Shown piece by piece: positions 46,867 to 55,369 of a stretch of DNA of 64,000 bases. Position numbers and translations under genes: made by a program. This DNA comes from a virus (Duplodnaviria; Caudoviricetes). Under the pieces are notes generated by a model, which saw only the letters and a program-made list of their open reading frames with translations, was not told the origin of the DNA and searched no databases. Each line of letters starts with the position of its first letter. Position 1 is the stretch's first letter. The stretch lies in IMG/VR virus record IMGVR_UViG_3300021431_000094, positions 35,915 to 99,914 of that record; one strand, written 5' to 3'.

Positions 46867-47607
46867 ATGGAAAAAGAGTATGTAAGACTTTACAGAGAAT
46901 ACGACTGCCACAAATGGATAACTGATCCAAATACCATGGCTGTGCTTGTAAGATGTTTGTTTAACGCAAATACTAATGACACTTTTTTTGAGGGTCATCT
47001 TATATCGAAAGGAAGTTTTGCGACAAGTGTATCATTACTTTCAAAACAAACAGGTGTTAAACAAAATGCAATCAGGACAGCATTGAAACGACTAACAACT
47101 GACAAAATAATTAACATTCAACCCACAAACAGATTTACAATAATAACAGTCTGTGAATATGGATATTACAATGATTTTCCACAAACCAAATTAGAAACAA
47201 CTAACAAACAACTAACAAACAACCCCCTATTCAACTCACAAACAACTGACGAACAACCCACTCTTCAACTCATAACAGAAGAAGATAAAGAACAAGGTAT
47301 TCTAAAGAAAAAAGAAGATGCTAAAGTATTTTCTAATAAAAAAGAAAAAGGTTTTGTCAAACCAACTATTGATGAAATCCGAGATTATTGTCATCAAAGA
47401 GGGAATCACGTCGATGCAGAAAAGTTTTGGAACTATTACGAGAGCATAGGTTGGAAAGTCGGTAAAAATCCAATGAAAGATTGGAAGGCTGCAGTGAGAA
47501 CTTGGGAAAGAAAAGAAACCGATGTGAATAGAGAATCTACCCAGCTATCGTCACGCTGGGGCGAAAAAATTAATGTTGAACGCAAAGATAATTATTGGCA
47601 AGAATGA
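46867..47607 (+). CDS. Phage replication initiator (lambda O/DnaD-like)
   Basis: N-terminal winged helix (GSFATS..L..TIIT.C.Y..Y); C-terminal F.KPT.DEI..Y..FW.YY...GW..MKDWKAAVRTWE. Confidence 0.85.
   Translation: MEKEYVRLYREYDCHKWITDPNTMAVLVRCLFNANTNDTFFEGHLISKGSFATSVSLLSKQTGVKQNAIRTALKRLTTDKIINIQPTNRFTIITVCEYGYYNDFPQTKLETTNKQLTNNPLFNSQTTDEQPTLQLITEEDKEQGILKKKEDAKVFSNKKEKGFVKPTIDEIRDYCHQRGNHVDAEKFWNYYESIGWKVGKNPMKDWKAAVRTWERKETDVNRESTQLSSRWGEKINVERKDNYWQE
47195..47275 (+). repeat. Iteron array (putative origin) inside the initiator gene
   Basis: CAACnnAC-type units at 47198, 47209, 47220, 47232, 47243, 47254, 47266, followed by an A-rich tract. Confidence 0.7.
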
Positions 47608-49667
47608 TAGACAGGGAACAGATATACACTTGGTGGAAGATATTCCAGGACAATGGTGCCAAGCTTTGCGAAATACGCTGTCTTGATGGCAAAAGGTCCT
47701 ACAGTGGCTATTTTCGTTCATTAGATAACATCATCCGCGAAATAGAGCCTTTGTCGGAGCGTGACAATATGCAGATCTATTTTGTGATGAACAGCATCAA
47801 AGAAGAATGTTACGACAGACAACAGAAAGAACGGCTGATTGAGAATGCTAAAAATCAAACTTCGGACAACGATATTAATGGCCGTTCCTTCATACTGCTT
47901 GATTTTGACCCCGAACGTCCTGCCGGTATAGGTAGTACAGAAGCACAATTAGAAGCTGCTCACAAAGTAGCAAGGACAGTGTACAACTATCTTTTGGAAC
48001 AAGGACTAGGAAGTCTTATCGTATGCAAATCAGGCAATGGAATACATATATTGATACCTGTTCGAATGGCTAATACGGAAGAGAACAAAAACGTTGTGGA
48101 GCGTTTTTTAAAGACCATTGCAATGATGTTTGACACGGAAGAGGTACATTGCGATACGAAAGTGGCCAATGCAAGCCGGATTACAAAACTCTATGGTACA
48201 TATGCGAAAAAAGGAACAAACACTAAAGCGCATCCTTGGCGTTTGTCTAAGTTTTGGAAAATACCAGATGCGATAGAACCAAATTCGATAGAGTATGTAA
48301 AGAAGATAGCTGACCTTTTTCCTAACGAAAAGCCAACACCATCTAAAGAGAATAATTTCGGTAGGAGTCAATTTGACATTGTAGAATTTTTAAATAGACA
48401 CAATATAGAATACAGAACCGTTCGTATATCCGGTGGTACACGATACATACTCAAAGAATGCCCATTTGACTCGAACCATAAGGATCCAGATAGCATGGTA
48501 TTCCAACATGACAATGGCGCATTGGCATTTTTCTGCTATCACAGCTCATGTTCGTCCTATACCTGGCGAGATTTTAGGCTGCATTTTGAGCCTGATGCCT
48601 ATGACCAGAATGCTTATCGTGACTATCAGTATAAGCGACAGCATGTGATGATGAAGAGTGAAGTTAAGCCAATAGCTGAACCGATAGTAGAAGACAATGA
48701 GAAAGGCCCTATATGGTTACGAATGTCAGAAATCAAACGACCGAAGTTTGACATATCCAACTATATCCCATCTGGTGTAGAACAGATAGACAGGCTCACT
48801 GTTGGATTCCGTCGTAAGCATGTCACCGTGTGGTCAGGCTATAGGGGTTCCGCAAAGACAACCGTACTGAACATGCTCATTCTGAATGCTGCACAGAGAG
48901 GATATAAAACAGCACTTTGGACTGGCGAACTTGATGGAGAAGAAGAAAAGAACTGGCTGTACCTACAAGCAGCAGGAAAGATGTTCAACGTTCCAACAAA
49001 CGTATCAGGTTTCTACGAAACACCAGATTGGGTATGTGATAAGATAGACCCATGGATTGACAAACACATGAGAATATTCAACAACAAATATGGTAATGAC
49101 TTTAACCAAATAGTAGATAGAATACGGTTGTTGAAGAAAGAAATAGACCTCGATGTTGTGATGTTTGACAACCTAATGACATTGGATATAGACAGCCTAG
49201 ACGGAGATAAGAACGAAAGGCAGAAACGGACAATGCTCATCTTGACAGACCTAGCCAAGGAACTAGACATACACATTCATGTAGTAGCTCATCCGAACAA
49301 GTCCGGGAACTTTCTACGTATGAATAACATTTCGGGCACAGGCAATATACCAGACCTAGCGCAAAATGTTTTGATACTACATAGAGTAAATCAGGACTTC
49401 ATGATTAACTCCAAAGAATTTCTACCTAATCTGACTATACAGGAAATACTAGAATCGAAATGTACAAACTGCATAGAGATATGCAAGTGGCGTGACAAAG
49501 GATCTGCCGTAGACAACTTTATCAAACTCTATTTTGAGAAAGAGAGTAACCGGCTTAAGAATTCACTAGCTGAAAACATCCACTATAATTGGGAGGAAAG
49601 TTTGAACAAAGCAGTCCGAACAGAACCATACACAGATTTTTTTAAAGAAACTAATTGCCCGTATTAA
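47595..49667 (+). CDS. Primase-helicase fusion (AEP-like primase, Zn finger, SF4 helicase)
   Basis: LLDFD..SGNGIH; CPF..H..C.H..C; GYRGSAKTT, FDNLM, VAHPNK. Confidence 0.85.
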   Translation: MARMIDREQIYTWWKIFQDNGAKLCEIRCLDGKRSYSGYFRSLDNIIREIEPLSERDNMQIYFVMNSIKEECYDRQQKERLIENAKNQTSDNDINGRSFILLDFDPERPAGIGSTEAQLEAAHKVARTVYNYLLEQGLGSLIVCKSGNGIHILIPVRMANTEENKNVVERFLKTIAMMFDTEEVHCDTKVANASRITKLYGTYAKKGTNTKAHPWRLSKFWKIPDAIEPNSIEYVKKIADLFPNEKPTPSKENNFGRSQFDIVEFLNRHNIEYRTVRISGGTRYILKECPFDSNHKDPDSMVFQHDNGALAFFCYHSSCSSYTWRDFRLHFEPDAYDQNAYRDYQYKRQHVMMKSEVKPIAEPIVEDNEKGPIWLRMSEIKRPKFDISNYIPSGVEQIDRLTVGFRRKHVTVWSGYRGSAKTTVLNMLILNAAQRGYKTALWTGELDGEEEKNWLYLQAAGKMFNVPTNVSGFYETPDWVCDKIDPWIDKHMRIFNNKYGNDFNQIVDRIRLLKKEIDLDVVMFDNLMTLDIDSLDGDKNERQKRTMLILTDLAKELDIHIHVVAHPNKSGNFLRMNNISGTGNIPDLAQNVLILHRVNQDFMINSKEFLPNLTIQEILESKCTNCIEICKWRDKGSAVDNFIKLYFEKESNRLKNSLAENIHYNWEESLNKAVRTEPYTDFFKETNCPY

Positions 49668-49685
49668 CATTTAAAATATACAGAT

Positions 49686-49889
49686 ATGAATCACGACATA
49701 AAACATTGCAATGGAGAAAACTGTCCTGTAAGAGAGACCTGCCATAGATATGTGGCACACGTTGATCTAATCGAACCAGCCAAAGTAAACGAACCAATCA
49801 GTGGTTTTCAGTCCTATTTAAATGCATCAACATGCATCAGTGAAGATCTTAAGATGTACTGGGGAGAGAATTATCAAATTAAGTGCTAG
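49686..49889 (+). CDS. Small Cys-rich protein
   Basis: DI.HC.G..CP.RETC.RY. Confidence 0.65.
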   Translation: MNHDIKHCNGENCPVRETCHRYVAHVDLIEPAKVNEPISGFQSYLNASTCISEDLKMYWGENYQIKC

Positions 49890-49895
49890 GGTGTC

Positions 49896-50093
49896 ATGGG
49901 TAAGCAATACACACTTTTTGATATAGCCGAAATAGAAATAAGGCCTTGTTGTGGAAATTGTGAAAATTACTCCTGGGTTAAATATTTTGGTGGTAGACAC
50001 CAAGAGTGCAGCCGAGTGCTGAACAGAGCCCACCGGCCATACAGACCCAAAGCCAGTGGAGTAATATGCCCCTATTATAAACGAAAGGAATAA
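49896..50093 (+). CDS. Small Cys-rich protein
   Basis: CCGNC..C..CPYY. Confidence 0.6.
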   Translation: MGKQYTLFDIAEIEIRPCCGNCENYSWVKYFGGRHQECSRVLNRAHRPYRPKASGVICPYYKRKE

Positions 50094-50095
50094 AG

Positions 50096-50314
50096 ATGGA
50101 AATAGAGACTAAATTTGGCCTAGGTGAATCAATATTTTATATTGACAAAGGATTGGTTAGAGAAGCGAAAATCATTGAAATCAATATAAGAATGATACAA
50201 TGTAGCATACTAACGGTCATTTATGGACTAGAGGATGGTAATTGTATCTTAGAGGGTGGGGCCTTTAGTTCAAAAAAAGCCCTTCATGATTATATAGATG
50301 CGCAATGTCGCTAA
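50096..50314 (+). CDS. Hypothetical protein
   Basis: IETKFGLGE..F.SK..L pattern common in Bacteroidota phages. Confidence 0.6.
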   Translation: MEIETKFGLGESIFYIDKGLVREAKIIEINIRMIQCSILTVIYGLEDGNCILEGGAFSSKKALHDYIDAQCR

Positions 50315-50329
50315 TTAAAAGTAAGTATT

Positions 50330-50381
50330 AAAGTTTCATCCTTTACGGATTGTGACAAAAAAAAATACCTTGCTATTTTTG
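50330..50381 (+). promoter_or_regulatory. Tail hub/fibre/lysis operon promoter: palindrome plus -7 box TATTTTTG
   Basis: aaagtttcatccttt at 50330-50344; TATTTTTG at 50374-50381; 29-nt spacer. Confidence 0.8.
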
Positions 50382-50402
50382 CAATATAAAATAGCAAGGT
50401 AA

Positions 50403-50933
50403 ATGACTGTATCTCGGTTTGACATAGATTATAATAACAGGAAGCTGCATATCACCGCTGATGCAGGTGAAGGACATACTATTGCAGCCATCAAGATAGA
50501 TAGCTGTAGAACGTTCAATTGTGGAGAGGAAGCCAGCATACGGTCAATAACCGTGTATGAAGGCCAGACCCAAACCCTAGACAATTATGAAATTGATTTA
50601 GATCTGATTGAGATAAATGGATTAACATTATCCCAATCATTATTTTTTGCGTATATCTATACAGATGACGGCCAGGCAGGAGAGACGGAATTAATACCGT
50701 TCTATGATTTAATGGCATTAAAGCGTTATGTTTATAATGCAATCAAAGACGAACTTTTGCCATGTAACAAGTGTGAGTCTGTCAGCGATATGGTTGTTGA
50801 CAAGGTAATGCTTTACTTTGGATTTACACATGCGGTAGAGTTGGGGCAATACCGTGATGCTTGTGAATTCATCAATAGTATATATAGAAACCAAGTAAAC
50901 GGTAGTAGGAGGTGTGGGTGCCATGGACGTTAA
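50403..50933 (+). CDS. crAss-like tail ring/hub protein
   Basis: L.I..I.ID..TF N-terminus; C-terminal CGCHG. Confidence 0.55.
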   Translation: MTVSRFDIDYNNRKLHITADAGEGHTIAAIKIDSCRTFNCGEEASIRSITVYEGQTQTLDNYEIDLDLIEINGLTLSQSLFFAYIYTDDGQAGETELIPFYDLMALKRYVYNAIKDELLPCNKCESVSDMVVDKVMLYFGFTHAVELGQYRDACEFINSIYRNQVNGSRRCGCHGR

Positions 50934-51228
50934 CCCCATAATGAAATATCTGAAGACGCTGAAAAGTGTTGGAACCATAAGCGGGGTAGAGATAAGATAC
51001 CTTGCGCTTTATGCCTTTTTGGCAGAAATGTTTGAGCAGAGTAGCCTTACAAAAGAAGAAACGTGTGAAATTAATACAATACTAGATTGCCTAAGACGAA
51101 AGTCTTGTCTTATTGCTAATATAGAAGATTTTGAAGAAGCAGTAGAACAATCATTAGGATTATTGATGACCGCAGGAAGAACTAATATCAAAACTGCCAA
51201 TGGCACTTATATTCGTTTGATGAGTTAA
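50914..51228 (+). CDS. crAss-like tail hub protein
   Basis: Y.K.L..G..L..F..E..I..L.CL...SCLI. Confidence 0.55.
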   Translation: MGAMDVNPIMKYLKTLKSVGTISGVEIRYLALYAFLAEMFEQSSLTKEETCEINTILDCLRRKSCLIANIEDFEEAVEQSLGLLMTAGRTNIKTANGTYIRLMS

Positions 51229-51240
51229 TAATGTAATAAA

Positions 51241-52638
51241 ATGGCTGAAAAGAGTAAAACAATATTAGAGCTTGACAAACTAGCAAAGGCAGAGCCACAT
51301 GATCAAATACCTGTTGCTAGAGTTTCGCGTCCCCATGGCGATGATAAGATTGAGCTAGGAGATATAATATCTTTTGATGAAACTAACAAAACACTAACCT
51401 TATATGGCACATATGTTTTAGACGTATCATCACTTTTAGATAAGAAATACACAGTATCAGTAGCAATAAAAGACGAACGGACAGATTTAGGTGAAGTTAA
51501 TATAGACAATAACGGCACAACAAAAACTGTCAAAGAAGGGACAACAGTTGTTCTAAATGCGATCCCAATTACAGAAAGAACACCTAAAGTATACTTTGTC
51601 CAATGGTTAGAAGATAACATTCCCTCACCTACAAGACAAATAAATGTAGATAGTGATAAAACATATACAGCAGAATTTGCTGAAGAAGTACATATCGTTG
51701 TACAGATAGATGGTACCAGTATAGGTACTGGAACAGTTGACGTAGCTGCTAAGCGAAAAAATGACCCAATAGATTTGCAAAGTGATGGGATAAGAGTAGG
51801 TGATGTTGTGACGTTGACAGCCACAGGTGTGACCAATAAACCTAGCGCATGGAAAGACGGGAAGGGCAATGCCATCGAAGACGGTGAAGTGTATGCCATA
51901 GACACGTCGGCAGACGAAATTACAATGACCTGTACGTTCACGTATAAGGATGGGATGCCGTTAGCTTATAAGGCTGAGTTTAATGGGGCCAAAATAACCA
52001 CAAAACTTACAATAGGTGTACAATCTTACCCTGGAACGACAGCAGGAACCGCTGTGATACAGCAGAACGGCACGACCATAGCAGAAGAGAAACCCATAGA
52101 GATAGCGGATGGGTCCAACATCGTGCTTGTGGCATCTGCGAAAGAAGGATGGAAGTTTGCCGGATGGTGGAAAGGAGGAAAGGAAATACAAGGAGCCCCT
52201 CAGTCATACGGCATAACTGTTAGTGCTGATACGGCAGGGACGTATACTGCCAAGTTTAAGCGGAGCGGAGCACCGGACTTTTACTATGGTGCCGTGGTGC
52301 CAGATGCGACTAGCGGGAACGCTTACGATAAGCAAAACCTGATTAACGAACTGACCCCCGGTTACGTGGATGGCAGCACGTTTACCACACCGGACCTGGC
52401 GGTAGGGTTAGGAAAGAAGTTCATCATGCTGTATAACCCAAGCAAAGTGAAGCCGACGAGTGGGCAAATGCTGTCGGGAGGATTGACAACGGACTATGTG
52501 GAATCGGACTTTTCAAACGCTCGAAAATTTTTGCTATCCACAATTACGCATAATAATGTACAATATAATACATTTGAAAGTAAAGAACCAATGAAGTCAA
52601 ACGATGTTACTTATAATATAACATTGACAAAACAATAA
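51241..52638 (+). CDS. Fibre/adhesin protein with InlB-B-repeat-like beta domains
   Basis: YFVQW..YTAEF, WKFAGW..YTAKF repeats. Confidence 0.65.
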   Translation: MAEKSKTILELDKLAKAEPHDQIPVARVSRPHGDDKIELGDIISFDETNKTLTLYGTYVLDVSSLLDKKYTVSVAIKDERTDLGEVNIDNNGTTKTVKEGTTVVLNAIPITERTPKVYFVQWLEDNIPSPTRQINVDSDKTYTAEFAEEVHIVVQIDGTSIGTGTVDVAAKRKNDPIDLQSDGIRVGDVVTLTATGVTNKPSAWKDGKGNAIEDGEVYAIDTSADEITMTCTFTYKDGMPLAYKAEFNGAKITTKLTIGVQSYPGTTAGTAVIQQNGTTIAEEKPIEIADGSNIVLVASAKEGWKFAGWWKGGKEIQGAPQSYGITVSADTAGTYTAKFKRSGAPDFYYGAVVPDATSGNAYDKQNLINELTPGYVDGSTFTTPDLAVGLGKKFIMLYNPSKVKPTSGQMLSGGLTTDYVESDFSNARKFLLSTITHNNVQYNTFESKEPMKSNDVTYNITLTKQ

Positions 52639-52683
52639 TTACATTTAATCAACCTAATGTTTAATAATTAAAAAAGTAAAGAC

Positions 52684-53154
52684 ATGGCAGAAGAGAACAT
52701 GCACAACGGATTAAGCCCTTACGAGGCACTCAAAGTGAGTAAATTGACTAGCAGACCCAGCGGTGTGGGCATTGGCGGCTTGGTAGTCGGCGTTGGAGCC
52801 GCAGTGGTTGGTGTTGGCGGATGGATATACGCCCACGGACAGGCAAAGCGAGCCCAGGAAGTAGCAGCCGCCAATAACAATGCAACTCAGAAGCAACTTG
52901 ACTTGCTCACTCAGCTGTTGAGTTCTGAGCGCAACGAGCGAATTGCCGGCGACCGTAACCTTACCATCAGTATCAACGACTCAGTCAGCGGCCAGCAGCA
53001 GGCCACCCAGTCGCAGAGTACCGTGCAGAGTGTTGAACAGAGTCTGTTCAAGGATGCCGTTATGGGCAATCTGCGCCAAGCCCCTGTTGAAGTTGTCCGT
53101 GTAAGTGGTCAGCGTCAGTGTGGTTGTGACGACGGTTGCGGCTGTAACGGCTAA
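52684..53154 (+). CDS. Membrane-anchored protein with coiled coil and Cys-rich tail
   Basis: GVGIGGLVVGVGAAVVGVGG; C-terminal CGCDDGCGCNG. Confidence 0.7.
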   Translation: MAEENMHNGLSPYEALKVSKLTSRPSGVGIGGLVVGVGAAVVGVGGWIYAHGQAKRAQEVAAANNNATQKQLDLLTQLLSSERNERIAGDRNLTISINDSVSGQQQATQSQSTVQSVEQSLFKDAVMGNLRQAPVEVVRVSGQRQCGCDDGCGCNG

Positions 53155-53164
53155 ATTCAATCAT

Positions 53165-53216
53165 TAAGGTGGGTAGGGAGAGTGTTCTGTGTACTTTAGC
53201 TTTCCCACCCACCTTA
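53165..53216 (+). promoter_or_regulatory. Intergenic hairpin (stabiliser or weak terminator)
   Basis: taaggtgggt/acccacctta with inner ggga/tccc. Confidence 0.55.
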
Positions 53217-53233
53217 TTTAAAGTACACACACA

Positions 53234-53605
53234 ATGTTATTCGATAAAAAAAAGAAGATGGCCAATTACGCGAATGCGATGCAGAATTTCCGACCGACGA
53301 GCAAGTATGCCTTAAAGCATTTTTGCCTGATAGCCACAGGTCTGGACCTGGAAGAGGCACAAAAACTCTATGCTTTCTTGTCAGAAGGATTGGAGACATT
53401 GCCAGACTTTGACCCGCTGCCGCCCACGTTTATGGATAAAACTAAGGCAACGATCGCCGAAGTGTTTGGACTTATAAAAGAGCATGAGGACGAGTTAGGT
53501 AAAGGATATGGGATACTGCAAGCATTGTTGGCTAAAAAGGGGACGGTGCTGCCTGATATAGATAGTGCTGCATTAGCAGAACCGCTGCCACCGATTAACG
53601 GATAG
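53234..53605 (+). CDS. Hypothetical protein
   Basis: ORF in the small-gene cluster. Confidence 0.65.
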   Translation: MLFDKKKKMANYANAMQNFRPTSKYALKHFCLIATGLDLEEAQKLYAFLSEGLETLPDFDPLPPTFMDKTKATIAEVFGLIKEHEDELGKGYGILQALLAKKGTVLPDIDSAALAEPLPPING

Positions 53606-53642
53606 AAGAGATAGATATAATAGAAAGGATAGATATGATAGG
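53602..53642 (+). repeat. 9-bp-period ATAGA array
   Basis: ATAGA at 53602, 53611, 53620, 53629 (ATAGG at 53638). Confidence 0.8.
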
Positions 53643-53823
53643 TGCTAAGGTGGCATTTAACGTATATGCCAAAAGTCAAGAAGAAGCCGAAGTGGCAAGT
53701 AAAGCAATAGCCGACTTCGTTGACAAGATGGCAAAACAGGGAGTGGCAGTAACGGCAGAGAAACTGACACAAGCTGTGAGAAATTGGGGGAACAATCCAT
53801 TGGTAAGAAACTATTTTAAATGA
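53635..53823 (+). CDS. Hypothetical protein
   Basis: ORF in cluster. Confidence 0.65.
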   Translation: MIGAKVAFNVYAKSQEEAEVASKAIADFVDKMAKQGVAVTAEKLTQAVRNWGNNPLVRNYFK

Positions 53824-53832
53824 CGATATAAT

Positions 53833-54057
53833 ATGGTTGAAAATACCGTGAAAAAATGTCCGCACGATTGTCTGAAATGTAGTATGGCGCAACAGATATA
53901 CTGCACATCGCAGAACACGCACGACATTGCGATGATGCTGTCTGAATGGCGTGGAATGATGTTTGGCGGAGTTGGCAAAGTAACTAATAGCACAGAAGAG
54001 GACGGTGCAGAGAATAGACCCTCAAATGAACAACCTCAAAACTATAATGAACAATGA
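53833..54057 (+). CDS. Cys-rich hypothetical protein
   Basis: CPHDCLKC...QQIYC. Confidence 0.6.
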   Translation: MVENTVKKCPHDCLKCSMAQQIYCTSQNTHDIAMMLSEWRGMMFGGVGKVTNSTEEDGAENRPSNEQPQNYNEQ

Positions 54058-54545
54058 GTTGTAACTGCAAAAAGAACGGTACCACGGAAATTGACTTTCT
54101 AACCTTGGTACCTGGTGGGACCACCACCGATGCCAACTATCAATTGGCAGTGACACATTACCTATGTGGCAACCGCAAGGTATGTGCTAACGGTAATTTT
54201 CCTGTGATGGGAGAATTGAAATACCAAGTCATGGGTACGCCGGAATCTCTAGGTAACGGTACCTATTGTTGTCAGGTGCTCTGTACTGGCACCGTGACGT
54301 ATATGCCTTACAAATCGGGCCAGAACTGTGGCTGTAATGGTTGCAATTGCCCCAAGACCGACAATGTGTATTTTATGCTGTGTGTGCCATGTGAGAGTAT
54401 GGCAGTGCCTACAATCACTGGCGGTGTTGTCGTGGCCGCGCCCACCAATCTGAGCGATTGCTGCAATGTGACCAACGCCGTTGAGCTGACTACCAGCATC
54501 AATGTGGCCACAGCCCAGACTGCAACGACAAGCAAAAAGGCATAA
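54054..54545 (+). CDS. Cys-rich beta protein
   Basis: Many Cys including SCNC, CC, CGCNGCNC. Confidence 0.7.
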   Translation: MSCNCKKNGTTEIDFLTLVPGGTTTDANYQLAVTHYLCGNRKVCANGNFPVMGELKYQVMGTPESLGNGTYCCQVLCTGTVTYMPYKSGQNCGCNGCNCPKTDNVYFMLCVPCESMAVPTITGGVVVAAPTNLSDCCNVTNAVELTTSINVATAQTATTSKKA

Positions 54546-54550
54546 AGAAG

Positions 54551-54898
54551 ATGGTGGACGTTGCGATGATAGTGTTGTCGGCAGTATTGGCCAACCACCT
54601 CGAACTGATAGAGGCGGTAGAAAAAGTTATACGCCATGAGATACCAATTGTGAACTGCAGCAAGTGCCTTACATTCTGGTCGGTTTTGGCGTATATGCTT
54701 CTAACGGGCCACGCTGTGATAGCCTGCATTGCAACGTCTTTTTTATGTGCTTGGGTAGCGACTTGGATAGAGTTGCTGCTTGGTATCATAGACCACTTTT
54801 ATTTACGAATCTATGAAAATTTTTATTCCGAAACAACCAATGCCGAAGATACCGAAGAAACGGTGTCCGAAGTGCAACAAATAGAGAAAGAACTATGA
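54551..54898 (+). CDS. Membrane protein with CxxCxxxW (DUF1360-like)
   Basis: NCSKCLTFWS flanked by hydrophobic helices. Confidence 0.6.
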   Translation: MVDVAMIVLSAVLANHLELIEAVEKVIRHEIPIVNCSKCLTFWSVLAYMLLTGHAVIACIATSFLCAWVATWIELLLGIIDHFYLRIYENFYSETTNAEDTEETVSEVQQIEKEL

Positions 54899-55350
54899 AG
54901 TATTGTGACATAATAAAGTCGTCGCCCAATAATGGCGAAAAAGGAATGTGGGCAAGTGTGGATAGAATGTCTAACTTCCTTGAAAAAGTGAAGGAGAATC
55001 ATCCCCATGAAGTGAAAAGATTTTTGAGAGAAGAGTATATAGCCATGAACGGCAAACACTTGAATGAGGGTGTGGCCCGTAAGTTGGTATCGGACATGCA
55101 CCACAGCAAGGGCAACAAGGTCTATCGTGGCGAAATGATAAGCCCAGAAGAAGCTGCATCAAAGTTTGGCAAAAAAGAAGAATGGTATTGGGATGCATAC
55201 GTTGCTGCTAATGCCATGATGCACGATTTGGCTAACACTGAATTAAGTAATAGTCAGATTCTTGATGTAGCCAATAAGTTTTTCTTCGAGGATGAAGATT
55301 TCTCGGACGAAAACAAACTATTTTGGTATTTTGAATGGTTATTGTTTTAA
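54895..55350 (+). CDS. Hypothetical helical protein
   Basis: G.HLNE..A..V..M, WDAYVA.N...HD, FF.DED..K..WYF. Confidence 0.65.
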   Translation: MKYCDIIKSSPNNGEKGMWASVDRMSNFLEKVKENHPHEVKRFLREEYIAMNGKHLNEGVARKLVSDMHHSKGNKVYRGEMISPEEAASKFGKKEEWYWDAYVAANAMMHDLANTELSNSQILDVANKFFFEDEDFSDENKLFWYFEWLLF

Positions 55351-55369
55351 ATTTTAAAGTTGTAATATT

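Noticed and set aside
50388-50399. aaatagcaag similarity to the Cas9 tracr/sgRNA scaffold
   Set aside because: Only about 10 nt and fully explained as one arm of a local inverted repeat
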